A stretch of DNA of 63,523 nt, counting the filler, from Diploschistes diacapsis (Eukaryota), in NCBI GenBank assembly GCA_023645945.1. It is 5 parts of 5 records of this genome, joined end to end, with 100 filler letters (N's around TTAATTAATTAA, not from the genome) between each part and the next. Parts side by side here need not be neighbours in the genome. Positions count along the whole stretch, not along the records: positions 8,127 to 16,152 come from JALAIB010001209.1; positions 16,253 to 47,292 come from JALAIB010000121.1; 3 more parts are not named here. One strand, written 5' to 3'. A model generated the notes under the pieces. It saw only the letters and a program-made list of their open reading frames with translations. It searched no databases and was not told the origin of the DNA. Positions 12,943 to 24,994 of the stretch are shown here, one piece after another (the stretch's first letter is position 1; each line of letters opens with the position of its first letter). The translations under genes and the position numbers were made by a program.

Positions 12943-14546
12943 ATAGACCAGTGTTGGACTGGGAACATAGTCTATAACCTTTACTTTCATCTTCTTGCAA
13001 GACTCCCTGGCCCTTTATTATGGAAGGCCAGCCGCTTGTTCTTCATTCGCTCTCTAATAACAGGGAATCTTGTGATCGATGTGAAGAAGCTTCATGAGCG
13101 CTACGGCGACGTTGTGCGAACAGCGCCAGACGAAGTTTCCTTTGCCCGGGAGGATGGATGGTATGATGTCTTTTCCAGCCAAGCCTGCCACAAGCCGTTC
13201 CCTAGAGACCCGACATTCTTCAACTCTCCTCCCGGTCAGCCAGATAACCTGATCACCACCGTTGATCTGAGCGAGAATGCTCGGATGCGCCAAGTAGTCA
13301 TGCCGGCATTTACTGAGCGTGCACTTGCAAAACAGGAGACGATTATGCAGTTCTATACTACCTTGATGGTCGAGAAACTATTAGAACAAGCTACCGCTCC
13401 AGAAAATGCTCATATGGGCGGCATTATCAACGTCGTGGATTGGTTCAATTGGTATGCATTTGAGGTGATCGGCGAACTTACCTTGGGGGAGTCTTTCGGC
13501 TGCTTGGGTAATACGGAAATCACCCGTGGGTAAATACGATCTTCAGTGCTTTGAAAGGTAAGCCATACGTGCCTCAGAAGCTATATTTGCGGAAAGCTCC
13601 TTGCCGATCGCTATCAGTGATGGCACTAGCAGCGGCCACTCGATACTACATAGGACTAGAATCTCTTCTGATCTGGTTGCTCCCCACAAGTATACGCAAC
13701 TTGCAGCGAGAGCATTACGCGGCTGCGCTGGACAAGATTCACCGACGTATGGACCTTGAGACGGCACGGGACGATTTCATGACTCCCATGCTCAAGAATA
13801 ACCCGAACTTTAAAAAGATGAGTATCCCAGAGATCGAATCCACAACAGCTCTACTTCTATTAGCAGGAAGTGAGACGACTGGCACTACACTCTGCGGAAT
13901 CGTAAGCTATCTCGTCCAGAACCCATCTGCACTGAAAAAGCTAGAACGAGAGGTTCGAAGCAGCCTTAAGCGGGAACCGGATATCACGCTCCGAACTCTG
14001 CAGAATCTTCCGTTCCTCAACGCTGTAATACATGAGGGTCTTCGACTATGCAACCCCGTGGCAGGGGGAATTCTTCGGATTGTGCCCGAAGGTGGAGATA
14101 CTGTTTGTGGTTACTTTCTGCCGGAAGGTGTAAGCATCCTCGACGATTTTGACTTCGGTGTGATTCTCTGATCATTTTGTCGATCTTAGACCCACTTAAA
14201 CATTAATACGGTCGCTATGTCCCGCTCGGAAGCCAACTTCCACCGCCATAAGGAGTCCCTGCCAGATCGATTTCTTCCCGACGGTCTTCGGCCGGTGGTA
14301 TTTGATAAGGACCGCCGGGGCAGCGTAAAGCCATTTGGACTGGGAGTACGCAGCTGTCTCGGTAAATCTGTCGCATTGGCTGAGATGCGGCTCGTGCTGG
14401 CGCGCCTCGTTTGGGGTTTTGACCTCACCGTTGGACCAGGGAGACCAATCAACTGGACGGATCTCAAGACTTATGTTGTGGTGCAAAAGGAACCGATCTG
14501 GATTGCAGTCAATGTGAGGTCGGACTCAAGTTCCTGTAACTTATAA
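12943..14546 (+). pseudogene. Cytochrome P450 (CYP65/Tri11-like), frameshifted; start codon uncertain
   Basis: YNLYFHLLARLPGP, LHERYGDVVRTAPDEVSF, AGSETT (I-helix), EGLR (ExxR) and FGLGVRSCLG (heme Cys). GESFGCLG continues as HPWVNTIFSALK only after a 1-nt shift at ~13519. Introns ~13558-13617 and ~14129-14189. Confidence 0.82.
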
Positions 14547-14948
14547 ATGGAACCGAGATGTCGTTGCTCGAACCAAGGCGGATAGAAAAGTTCAGAGAGT
14601 CGGCTGATTAAGAAAGTCATGCTCGCAGGGAAGAAGACCAAACATCATGAACATTTAATAAGTGTATAGGTGGCACAAAGAAGCTTGAGGAAGTTGCGAG
14701 AAAGAATAATTGCTTTTAAGACTCTGTCATCTGCTTACATTGCTTTCTGCATGTTGTGCTTCCCGCGTTCTAGCCACCGTATTTGATAAATGCTGAATAA
14801 ATAGGTAAGGCTCCGAACAAAAAGAAACCACAGACATGTAGCTCTCCGTAACCTGCCTTCCCTGTAATCCACACCGGCTTCGAAACTGTGCAAAAACCGG
14901 TCACGATCGACCAATGGATCTTTGATACCGAATGCCCTCCCAGACACA

Positions 14949-15809
14949 TCAAACAGCCAACTGCCTGAACTCCCCATTGGAAGTGCAGCTGGCAAATCGC
15001 CAACGTCGATGCTGCCACATAGGAGCCCCCTTGGTCATGATCCACTTAATGGGCGCGCTAACAGGCGGGAAGACTCCGTGCCAAAGCCCGTCCTCGAACT
15101 GGACGCTCTCCATGTTGAGGAAGAAGACGGGAAGGATGTTGAAGAGGAAGGAGATGTTGACCTGCTTTCTGCCGGCTGCCAAAGCGAGTGCCACGATGTC
15201 GATGGGCTTTTCGGGCGTGTTGAAGCGCGAAAGATTGACGATCGTCTGGGGCTCCTCCTTCAGGTGAAGGTACAGTGGTTCAGAAAATGAGTCCATAATG
15301 GCAATGAGTTCCTTGTGCGAGAAGCTGGGCCCCTTCTCCAGAAGGTAGCCCTTAAAGCGCTCGAGGCCGCCATGAAAGGCCGCTGCGGACGCATCAGGCA
15401 GGGGTTCCAAAATGGAGATGGTCGGGAGAACATACCATGCTGTTCTACGGCGCCGTCCATCAAGCCCTTTTTGTCCGCCGCCTTGTCGATGGCGGGGAAG
15501 AACTCGTTCTCCTCGTAATGATGATGCTGCGAGACGCAGTCATGCCAAGCTATACAGTAGCCGACAAACTCCTTCTTGTCGGCCGCCTTGATGCGCGGAG
15601 CTTGCTGATAGATGCTATTGAAGCCTCGGATGAAGGAGTTGTGGCTCAAGGCCATGTGGGAGGCTTCGATGGTAAATGGGTCTGTCTAATCAAAGCATAT
15701 CAGAAGCTTCACACTGCTATGTGGGCAAGAACAGGCTTACTTTGCCAGTCTCAAACTTCGGCGTGTGAATAACTGGCAGCGGAGCATCACTGTACATGGG
15801 AGGTGCCAT
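14949..15809 (-). CDS. Hemerythrin/HHE cation-binding domain protein, 3 exons
   Basis: MAPPMYSDAPLPVIHTPKFETGK | TDPFTIEASHMALSHNSFIRGFNSIYQQAP..HHHYEE..FFP..VEQH | AAFHGGL..HLKEE. GT-AG introns 15740-15686 and 15435-15383. Confidence 0.85.
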
Positions 15810-15981
15810 ATTGACCAGCTTGTGAGAAAAGGCAGAGTAGAGTGGAAGCGAAGAAGTGCGCGGGACTGGGCTGAGATGCCCTGATTTAAAAATGGTCGCA
15901 CAGAGGCACTGCCCATTACTGCGTATGCGTTTGTGAGGCTGGATGGAGAGCTTGTTATCTGCCCTTGCTCGTGCATGGGAC

Positions 15982-16152
15982 TACTGTAGAGTCGTGACCC
16001 TAGTACCCGTGCAGACCCTAGTACCCGTGCACGTGATACAATAACAAAACTACAATAATAAATATTTAAAATGAAATATCTCCAAAAATAATCAATTTAA
16101 GGCCCTATAAATCGAATAATAGTTATATTTAATCCTATAAATTCATCTAATT
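15982..16152. mobile_element. Probable DNA-transposon end with perfect 18-bp tandem repeat, then AT-rich decayed body
   Basis: GACCCTAGTACCCGTGCA x2 at 15996-16031, followed by very AT-rich sequence up to the contig break. Confidence 0.45.
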
Positions 16153-16252
16153 NNNNNNNNNNNNNNNNNNNNNNNNNNNNNNNNNNNNNNNNNNNNTTAA
16201 TTAATTAANNNNNNNNNNNNNNNNNNNNNNNNNNNNNNNNNNNNNNNNNNNN
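16153..16252. other. Artificial contig spacer
   Basis: N44-TTAATTAATTAA-N44. Confidence 0.97.
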
Positions 16253-16654
16253 CCCCCCTTTTTTGTACTACTGTCTACAGCCGCGGTAACCTACGCAGTA
16301 TCCCCTTGAATAATAAACATTTTTGCACGAATAATCGGTCCGACTAATTGCCGGTTAGTCGTATTTTAATCGATTATGATTGATGATTAACCATCGTTAA
16401 GCGGTTATAATCAATGCCCGTTAATTGGTTAGGATAATGATAATGATTTGCATCGTCGGCCGAAGCTGAGTTACCCTAATGACTTCTGTCTTTTAGAAAA
16501 AAACCAGCCACACACAAGATCCCAATCACAGCCACACAAGCCACACCAAATGCAACCGTAGCTTTTTATTGCGACCCGTAGCTCGTCCGCAATTCTTGTC
16601 GGACGAAGTATCGTCGATCGAAGCGGGATCGACTAGCCGTCTTGGGATTGGGCT

Positions 16655-16742
16655 AGGTTGCTAAGCCTGGAGTGAAGGGAGTCGAACCCACGACCTTCGA
16701 AAGGTCTGCCAGCAGTCGTCCTCACCATTCGACCATGCTGCC
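16655..16742 (-). mobile_element. tRNA-derived element (SINE-like head or tRNA pseudogene), copy 1
   Basis: Minus strand reads GGCAGCA-TGGTCGAATGG (A box) ... GACCTT-TCG-AAGGTC hairpin ... GGTTCGACTCC (B box), then TTCACTCCAGGCTT shared with 24973-24986. The 3' acceptor strand is absent. Confidence 0.6.
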
Positions 16743-19201
16743 TAATCGATTATTAATCGTCCCACCCCTCTTCGCATGTCAGTAGCACCGGTAGTACCAT
16801 ACTCCAAATTCAGGCGCCATCCAAACGCAGAATGTCCTGGCCTAAGGGCGAGTGGCTGGCACAGTCCCTGGGAAACGGTACGGAGATTGTGCTTTGCACG
16901 AGGTAGCTTTCGTATGTATCTACTCATGGGGCAAGGCCCGGTGAGTGGCGCCGGAGCAGGCGCGGGAAAAGCGCTCTGGGCCAGTGTATCTCTACGTTCA
17001 GGTTTGTACGGCGGGAGGTGTTCGTGGCAGTGGTACGAGTACTGTAGCCTGGCCCGTAGCGAAGGAGTGCCCGACGCCAAGCATGTATGGCTTGGCTTTG
17101 GCGTCGGAACCTACCTGGACTCGGAAGTCCCGGCTCAGGAAGAGTAGTGGTACCTCTGAGCCTTTGCTTGTAGGGCGGTGAGGGGTTTGTAAGCTCAAAC
17201 GAGTAAAGTCGGGATGCTTGCTGTGGCCTGGAGGGAGGAGCAGGATGCGAAGATTGGTAGGCGCAACGGTGGGGTGGGGTGCACCCTATGAAGATCCAAT
17301 ATGCGCGAATAAATAGACAGAAGGTAGGATCGGGGGAGTTCATCTTTGCGTGATTGGCATAGCCAGCTAGAGCCCCGGAGCTGTGTCCCTACCTCCTTTG
17401 TGAAGATATCACAGCCTCGACAAAGCACGGAAATAAAGGGCAAAACTTAACAGCGTAAGCACATCCTGACTCCCTTGCCCCGCCCGGAATCCCCCTCCAA
17501 ATCCGCTGGAGCAAATGCCGGCTGTACGGCCGTTCTCATTCGGAGCCGCGGACTGGAGAAAGACCGAAGGGGGGGCTCTGTAGGCAACTCTCTCTACTCT
17601 CCCAAGATTTGGGCAGATCGCGCAGTGCATAGCGCAGTGTGTTGTTGCACGAAGACGTGGTATGGCAGGTCTGGATAAGACATGCAGACGAGCCCGCCCA
17701 CCGTACGGTAATGGCAAGGGGGGCCTGCCGTGGGAAACATAAGGCGCCACGGAACAAGAGGGGTAAATAATCATGCCCCATACGTTGTAAAAACCGAAAA
17801 AGGAGGGGCATTTGCTTTGCTTTGCTATATTCTCCGCGGGGCTAGCTAGCGAGCCATTCTCCGCTCAGATAGCGCTCCTACAGAGTTATATGTAGGTATT
17901 GTATGCAGAACGAGCGGCGTAACAACGTCCCGAGTTGCGCGCACGAAACTCAACGAAGCTTCCTGTACCTTCGTGGTAAGTAGGTGTTTTAGTTCTCGGT
18001 ACGTACATAACTCGGAAAAAAAAACCAGAAAGGAGGCCGGGGAAGGCCCCGGTAGCGTAGCTGCTGCGTCAATCGACTCTTGTGGAGTAGATGGGGATGC
18101 GCAATCGTACATATCCCGACACACACACGTGCTGCGGGATAAGGTTTCAAAGAAAAAAGCTTTTAGGGATACAGAGACGTAAAGTCGTAAAATGCAAAAG
18201 AGAAAAGGGGGCGAAGCAGGGACTTGTTGGCAAAGACTAAACGCCGCGTAACACTGTCTACTCTAGTCATTATGGATATCGGGGTCAAAGTGACGAGCCA
18301 GGTGGCTTTCGGTGATAGGCAGGTAGACAGGGGTGGTGGGTAAGCGGGTAAGCGGGGTGGCGAGAATCGCGCGAACCCACTCCAAACACAACGCACACCC
18401 CACCCGCAAAAAAAATGGGGGGCAAATAGAGCTCTTGGTTGAACCTGCCCCCCCGCCTGCGACCAAAATTGAGTTTTGGCAAGGCAGCGGGGTGAGGGGG
18501 TATGAGGGGGAATTTTTCCGACGGTTGAGATACGAGTTGTTGCGAAAGTGTGGGGTGAAATCTATTGCTTTATCGATAGTTGCAAGACGCGGGTTCTGGT
18601 AGGGAGCAGAGAGTGTGCCCCATTAAAGGGGTTGTGATAAACGGGCATCGGGCGTTAGTATGGTACTGCAGTGTACTGTTGTGGAGTACTTCAGCATCCA
18701 GATGATTCATAATTACCAACGTATAATGGTTTGCACAGAATCGAGTTCAACTGGAGGAATGCTTGCGAGTAAATATGGTTTTCATCATTATCTCGTTTTT
18801 TCGCCCGTACTGTGTACCGTGGCCACGAAAGAAAAGAAGCAAGTAGGGGGTATCTCGTTCACACGCTTCAATAAAGGACAATATCCACCACACAAGAGCA
18901 GGCTCTGCCATGGCTAGCACGCAATAGCAAAGCTTCAGGTCACGCACCCCACCCCCCCAATAAGAACCTCGTGGCATCGTCGTCGTCCGGGTTTTGTTCG
19001 ACAGTAGAAAAATTCTGTAGAATAAAAGACCTTCCCCCCGAAAGAAAACAAGCGCGAGCGGACCTGATGGGCAAGCCTTTTGCCTCGGACAAAACGCCCC
19101 AGGATTTAGTAGAGATGGTGGTAAATCCTGCATCCGCTTGTGTTGAGCCGCGGTCATGCTGCATCGCACAAATCGCAGCGTCATCCCATCCTCCGTAGAA
19201 C

Positions 19202-20215
19202 TTACTCGAGCATGTCCTGCTCGACGGTTGGTGAGGCACTCGCGACGCTGTTCGTCCTGCCGTGTAGCGAACTGGCTCCCGGGCTCCTGGCATCTGGCGC
19301 GGCCAGGTCGTCCAGTCCGAAGCTGCTGCTGCTGCTGCTGCTGCTGTTGTTGTTGTACTTGGCCTTGAAGTGGGCGAGATGCTGGTGGATCTCGTGGCAG
19401 CCGCAGCTGTCGGGCGTGTGCATGGCCATGTGCGTCATGAGCGAGATCTTCTCCGTCTGCAGGCTCTCCATCGTCATCTTGAGCAGAGCGTTCTCCCTCT
19501 CCAGGTTCTTCGCCCTCTGCTCCAGAGCCGCGTTGTGTTCCTTCTTCTTCTGACGGCACTTGGAGGCCGCCACGCGGTTGCGTTCGAGGAACTTGCTCCG
19601 CTTCTCCCCGTCCTCGCCGTTCTCCGGCTCGTCTTCCGGCACGTGCGGGCCGCGCGATGGCTTCTTGGTGCGCTTCGTGCTCTTCGTGGACTTGTTGGAA
19701 GACGTCGAGTCCCCCTTGGGATCACGTGACCGCTGCAGCGCAGAATTGACCTCGTCCAGACCAGGCTCGCGCAGGCTGTGCTCGTCCGGCGGAGTCGCCT
19801 GTCCGTACTGGATCCTTGCGTGAGCGCTCGGCCCCGCACCGCCCAACGAGTCCACGAGCGATTGAGCAATCTGCGTGCCGGTAAGGCCCTCGCCGAACTG
19901 CCAGTCGCTTGGCGCTTCCATGGCCGTCTGAGGTGGCGTGATCTCCATCTTGGACGGGTAGGGGCTGTTGAAGAAAGAGTTCGCCGTGGGGAGGCCGTAC
20001 AGTGAGCTCGAGTCGGCGGGTGGCTGTAGCGGTTTGGAGAATGGCTCTGCGGTCGGTTCGAAATGTGGATTGCTTTCGCCAAACGACTTGTCGAACGGAT
20101 TGTCGGGGTAATAGCTGGCGGAGAAGAAGCCGCCGGGGGTGAGTCCGGTCATGAAGTCGCCAAAGCCCGGGGTGGTGTCGCCAGACACTGGAGGAGGCGT
20201 GTTCTTGATGGCCAT
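19202..20215 (-). CDS. bZIP transcription factor, ATF/CREB family (AtfB/Atf21-like)
   Basis: Intronless 337-aa ORF; basic region KRSKFLERNRVAASKCRQKKK followed by a leucine heptad, plus the YGQATPP motif. Confidence 0.9.
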   Translation of the reverse strand: MAIKNTPPPVSGDTTPGFGDFMTGLTPGGFFSASYYPDNPFDKSFGESNPHFEPTAEPFSKPLQPPADSSSLYGLPTANSFFNSPYPSKMEITPPQTAMEAPSDWQFGEGLTGTQIAQSLVDSLGGAGPSAHARIQYGQATPPDEHSLREPGLDEVNSALQRSRDPKGDSTSSNKSTKSTKRTKKPSRGPHVPEDEPENGEDGEKRSKFLERNRVAASKCRQKKKEHNAALEQRAKNLERENALLKMTMESLQTEKISLMTHMAMHTPDSCGCHEIHQHLAHFKAKYNNNSSSSSSSSFGLDDLAAPDARSPGASSLHGRTNSVASASPTVEQDMLE

Positions 20216-20935
20216 GGTTGGAATGGATTTCGGGGGTATCGTTTTTGTTTGTTTGTTTATTTATGCTGTGTGTGTGTCGGACTGACTTGCTTGGCGTGTT
20301 GAATGTGAAAAGGACAGGAAGAATAGTGGGGGAGGCCGGATCGATAAAAAGGAACCGTCGAAGCAGCTAACCAGACTCGTTAAGGTTTCGGTAGGGTGTT
20401 CCTGGAACAGGCACAAAGATCGGTGGGCAGTGAGCCGGCGGGTATGGAGCAGTAGTATGGGCGATGGGAACGGGTGAGGAGCTATACACGAGCAAGGAAG
20501 CTCGCTCGCTCGCTCGCTCGCTTTTGAGAAGGTTTGAATTTATTTACTCGGGGGCGGGGCGTAGTGGTGACGGAACAAAGGCAGTTGGAGCAAAACATGG
20601 GAAACTGAGGATGGGGAATGCGTGCCTCCCTATATATTTATGATGCCAAAAGGCGGCCGGTAACTAGTTTCTGCTTCTGGCATAGAAAGAAAATACCGTA
20701 AGCAGCATGAATCTGGGAAAAAAGGTTCAGTGTTATTTTGGGCAGATTTGCAAGCGATCGAGATCAGTGGCCGGGCAAATCATGCACTTTCCTAAACTTT
20801 CCCATATTTCCTTCGTTTTGGATGGAAGGGGGAGTTTGCACCGACAGTAGTCGTGAGTCATGACTGGCTACTCGGACTCAGGCAGGTGAATTATGAATTA
20901 TCGAGCTTTCTAGGAACAAGTAACAGCTGCAGTAA

Positions 20936-20980
20936 CAGTTGCAGTTGCAGTTGCAGTTGCAGTTGCAGTTGCAGTTGCAG
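20936..20980. repeat. (CAGTTG)7 microsatellite
   Basis: Perfect hexamer run upstream of the bZIP gene. Confidence 0.95.
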
Positions 20981-21392
20981 CGGTTTGTGTCGGATCGTCG
21001 ATGGAAATCCGAATCGACGATTTGCTTGGGAAAGCCAGCAAGGGCAAAGGGGCAGGCAGGCCACAAACGGCCAATGGCAGGCGGGTTGAATGGGGGAGGA
21101 CGGGAAGAAAAAGGGACGATTGATTATTCATGTGCTTTTGTTTTGCATGCCAGTGGATGGATGCACACACCCAACACATAACAAACAGCACATAGCGGAA
21201 TCCTCCCCCACAAAGTGCAACACACGAGCCACACATGCATTCTGTACTGGCCTGTTCGTCCTATTCCTATTGGCAGGGCTAGTGATAGCATACATAGACT
21301 GGACAGTGAGGGAGGGGGCACCATGGGACCACGAGCTTCAACAGCCACAGAACAACCAAACAAAACGCTCACCAAGAGGAGGCTGTGACAAG

Positions 21393-21482
21393 GATTAATT
21401 TGTAGAAGATTAATTTGTACAAGATTACTTTGTACAAGATTACTTTGTACAAGAATAATTTGTACAAGCTTAATTTGTACCA
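21393..21482. repeat. 15-bp minisatellite, ~6 copies (consensus GATTAMTTTGTACAA)
   Basis: Head-to-tail units with no spacers and 1-2 substitutions each. Confidence 0.9.
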
Positions 21483-23146
21483 GAAGCGGACAAATACAGG
21501 GGAAGCCGTTGAGTTAAAACCATCTGTCAGATATTGTTCCGTCACGTGCTTTCCATTCTTCACAGTGTGCGTGTGTGTGCGGCATTTCAGCCCACTCACA
21601 AGCCGCATTTCTTCCCACGTTTTCAGTACCTTAAGCAGGCGCACAGGCTCGCTGTTGGCTGGAAACAGCATATGTGAGCTTATCACAAATTGATCCTCAA
21701 GCCGTGGATATATATGTAGTAGTAGTAGAAGCTGCCTTTACTCTTATGTACTGGAAGCTCATCGGGAATTTGCGCCGTCAGCGAATCAGGAACGAGGTTT
21801 GACCACCCACCTTGTGGTAAACCTGCTTGCGCAGTTCCCAGTCATAGACCCGCTTGCAGAATATCGTCACTGACGCCCGCACTTGCTGACGCCAACGCGC
21901 GGCCCACCTGTCCGGCACAAGTAGTGGCTGCCATACATGCACTGCAGGATCGCTGGAAACTTGGGGAGCCACCGACCTCATTCGTAGAAACAATCGTAGA
22001 ACAGTAAAAGCAAGCGTTGAAGTACGCCCCTCGATCGTGCAAAAGTCGCCCCCGCCTCTGGCGAGCTGCCGGCTCTCCCTCCGAGAACCTGCCTGCTTGG
22101 CGAATCTCTTTAAAGTAGAGATGCAGTGTGAGATAATCGTACATGGATGGGGGCTGCAGTAGATCTTGAAAAAGTACCCTTGTACTAGTTTTATTGACAT
22201 TCTTAAATCCATTCATCCACCTGTGGCAAAAACTAAGGATAATTCTTTCCCCACTTGTCCTCCACCCATGCTTCATGGCCCCGACATCGGGAACAGATAG
22301 AACAAGAAGCAAATGTGGACAGATTGAGTTGCCATGATGCGAATCTGCGCCAACCTGGATCGGACTTGGCAACATTCATCACGCACTGGGGCAGTATACA
22401 AGAATAGTACGAGACCGAAGCGCCAATGGAAACGTACATGCGTAATTATACTACTCGCGAGAAGAGAAGCCGCATGCAGTACCTGTCGTCTGCCTCAGTA
22501 GAAGGCACTTGGGATAGCTCATATTACTTCCCCAAAGACTCTTTTCTCGAAGAAGACGAAGACGGAAAGAGAAGAGTACTACAGGGTACTTCACAGTTGA
22601 GTTGATACTTCATAAGCCCCTTGCAGCTCCCAGGCTATAATTCTTTGTTGACACACTATGGAACGAAGAAGAGGGTGAAAATTTCAATTAAGATTTAAGC
22701 GAGAGCGAGCCCCATCGAGTCGCGAAATCAGGTGACACCACCGCGCCTCCCCAAGTCCCTCCAAGCAGCTACCAATTTCTTACTGGACCATATCTGATGC
22801 AGCAGCAGGCAGGCAGAGAGGAGTTACTATTATGAATGTAACATACATATCTTGTAGCCTCCATTCTAACGCCTCATGCTGTGCAATGTTTTCCCCAAAT
22901 GCAGGAACCAAAGTGGGCGTGACAAATAGTCTACATACAAAGAGCTGCTGCAACATTCATCCCTAGCCATCATTGAAGAGTAGCCTGTCGTCAAACGGCC
23001 TCCGTTTTCCAACCTTGCAGTTCTGGTGTGATCGCCAGTGAAGGTCTTGCGCCCGGGTCAAACTACTCGCAGCAGCCTCCATGACGCATTCTTCCACAAT
23101 TTGTTCCAGCATTGAATCGACAGCGTTCAGTTGCGTCTCTCGAAAC

Positions 23147-24692
23147 TTAACTCAGGATTCGAGTCACCAAGCCGGTCGCCACTGTGCGCCCACCCTCACG
23201 GATATTGAAACGCTGACCTGGTTCCATGGCGAGAGGGTGCAGGGTCGAGCAAACCATCTCGACATTGTCGCCCGGCATTGCCATCTTTTCTGCCTTGTTC
23301 TCAACGTTGTCGGGCCAGTCCAGGCTTGCGGCTTCATCTAATTCAAAAGATCAGCCAAAGTTTTTTAACTGAACTTGGGAAATGTGATGTGACTTACCGG
23401 CTGTCCGTACATATAGCTGGGGTTTGTAGTTCCCATGGAAGCCGGTGTGGCGGCCGCCTTCCTCCTTGGACAAGACATACATTGAGACGAGGAACTTGTT
23501 GTGCGCCTTGGTTGTGCCTGGCTTAGCGACCACCATTCCACGCTTGATGTCCTCGCGCTTGACCCCACGTAGCAGCAGACCAGAGTTGTCTCCTGCACGC
23601 GATTCTTCACATGACTTCTTGAAGGTCTCGATATCTGTGACCTTTGTCTTGATAACCTCGCTGCCCTTGCCTATTAGCTCGACATCTGCGTCTCGTTTGA
23701 GGTTGCCGCGCTCCACACGACCCGAAGCCACGGTACCTCGGCCCGGGATAGAGAAAACGTCCTCGACGGACATCAGAAATGGCTTCTCGATATCTCGAGC
23801 CGGCTCGGGGATCCAGGTGTCGACCGCCTGTAGTAGCTCGTCAATCTTATTCCTTCCGATATCGTCCTTTCGACCATCAAGCGCGCAAAGGGCGGAGCCC
23901 ATGATAATCGGAGTATCGTCACCCTCGAAGCCATAACTGGTCAACAGCTCGCGCATCTCCATCTCTACGAGCTCCAACATCTCCTGGTCTGCAATGACGT
24001 CGACCTTGTTGACGAAGACAACGATCTTTTGGACTCCGACCTGACGGGCTAGTAGGAGATGCTCTCGCGTTTGTGGCCTGCTCGAGTCAACTCAAGGTCC
24101 TGATTGAGTCCCACGCAGTCTGGTTCTCACATTTGACCATCAGAAGCGGCAACAACAATAACCGCTCCATCCATGTTCGAGGCTCCAGTAATCATGTTCT
24201 TGATGTAATCGGCGTGACCAGGGCAGTCGACATGGGAGTAATGTCGGTTCTCTGTTTCGTACTCGATGTGGGCCGTGGAGATTGTGATACCACGTTTGCG
24301 CTCTTCAGGAGCTTTGTCTATCGAGCTATAGTCGAGGAAATTGGCGAAGCCTTTTTCGGCTTGTCTTTTGGTGATTGCGGCGGTGAGCGTAGTCTATGTA
24401 TACATCGTCAGCAATGTCTTGCCGCCGAGATACCAAGGAATAATGTACTTTGCCGTGGTCGACATGGCCAATCGTGCCTTACACCGTCATTACCTGGTCG
24501 AGGAAGCTATTTTTGCAGGCACGTACCAATATTCACGTGAGGCTTTGACCGCTTGAACATCGTCGCATACGCTCTGAAAGCGCCGCCATCTTGGGCGAAA
24601 ACCCTCTGAACAGGGTTGATGCTTCTCTGCTGCTGAAAAGCCAGCCTACCTGCCCGTAGACTGGGGCCGAGTAATCTGGAGAAGGCTGGCAT
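23147..24692 (-). CDS. TUF1: Mitochondrial translation elongation factor EF-Tu, 5 exons
   Basis: Arg-rich targeting peptide; [64 protein letters not shown]-terminal [10 protein letters not shown]. Four canonical GT-AG introns. Confidence 0.97.
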
Positions 24693-24929
24693 GGCGAACA
24701 GAAATTAGAAGAATACCGAGATATCTACAAGGACACGCAAGAAATGAACAACCGTACAATGAGCGTTATGAAGCTGGAGAACTTTTAACCGCCTGTTGCT
24801 CAATCAGAAGCTGGAGATCATCAAAATTTCTTTAGCGCACGGTCTAATCCTTGTCGATTTACATTATACACGTAAAGCTTGAGCTTGTCCAGCTTTATGC
24901 AGAGTTTATGCACCTTCTTGAAGCTACCA

Positions 24930-24994
24930 AAGGTCGTGGGTTCGATTCCCACTGCCGTTGCCTGAATATTCTTTCACTCCAGGCTTGGAAACCT
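24930..24994 (+). mobile_element. tRNA-derived element, copy 2 (5'-truncated)
   Basis: AAGGTCGTGGGTTCGATTCCC (20/21 identical to copy 1), full T-arm GTGGG-TTCGATT-CCCAC, then TTCACTCCAGGCTT identical to copy 1. Confidence 0.55.

Noticed and set aside
4051..14546. Zn2Cys6 TF as pathway regulator of the diterpene cluster
   Set aside because: Separated by an artificial spacer; the two are on different contigs.
16466..16500. Telomerase RNA template-like TTACCCTAA
   Set aside because: Does not match the TAACCCTAA template expected for TTAGGG repeats, and no supporting structure was recognised.
16655..16742. Functional tRNA gene
   Set aside because: No 3' acceptor strand, broken T-stem and no proper anticodon arm.
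18747..19559. 270-aa poly-Gln ORF overlapping the bZIP gene
   Set aside because: Alternative frame of a GC-rich CDS; the poly-Q is the same CAG/AGC repeat that encodes poly-Ser in the bZIP protein.
21393..21482. CRISPR array
   Set aside because: No spacers, 15-bp unit, no cas genes, eukaryotic context.
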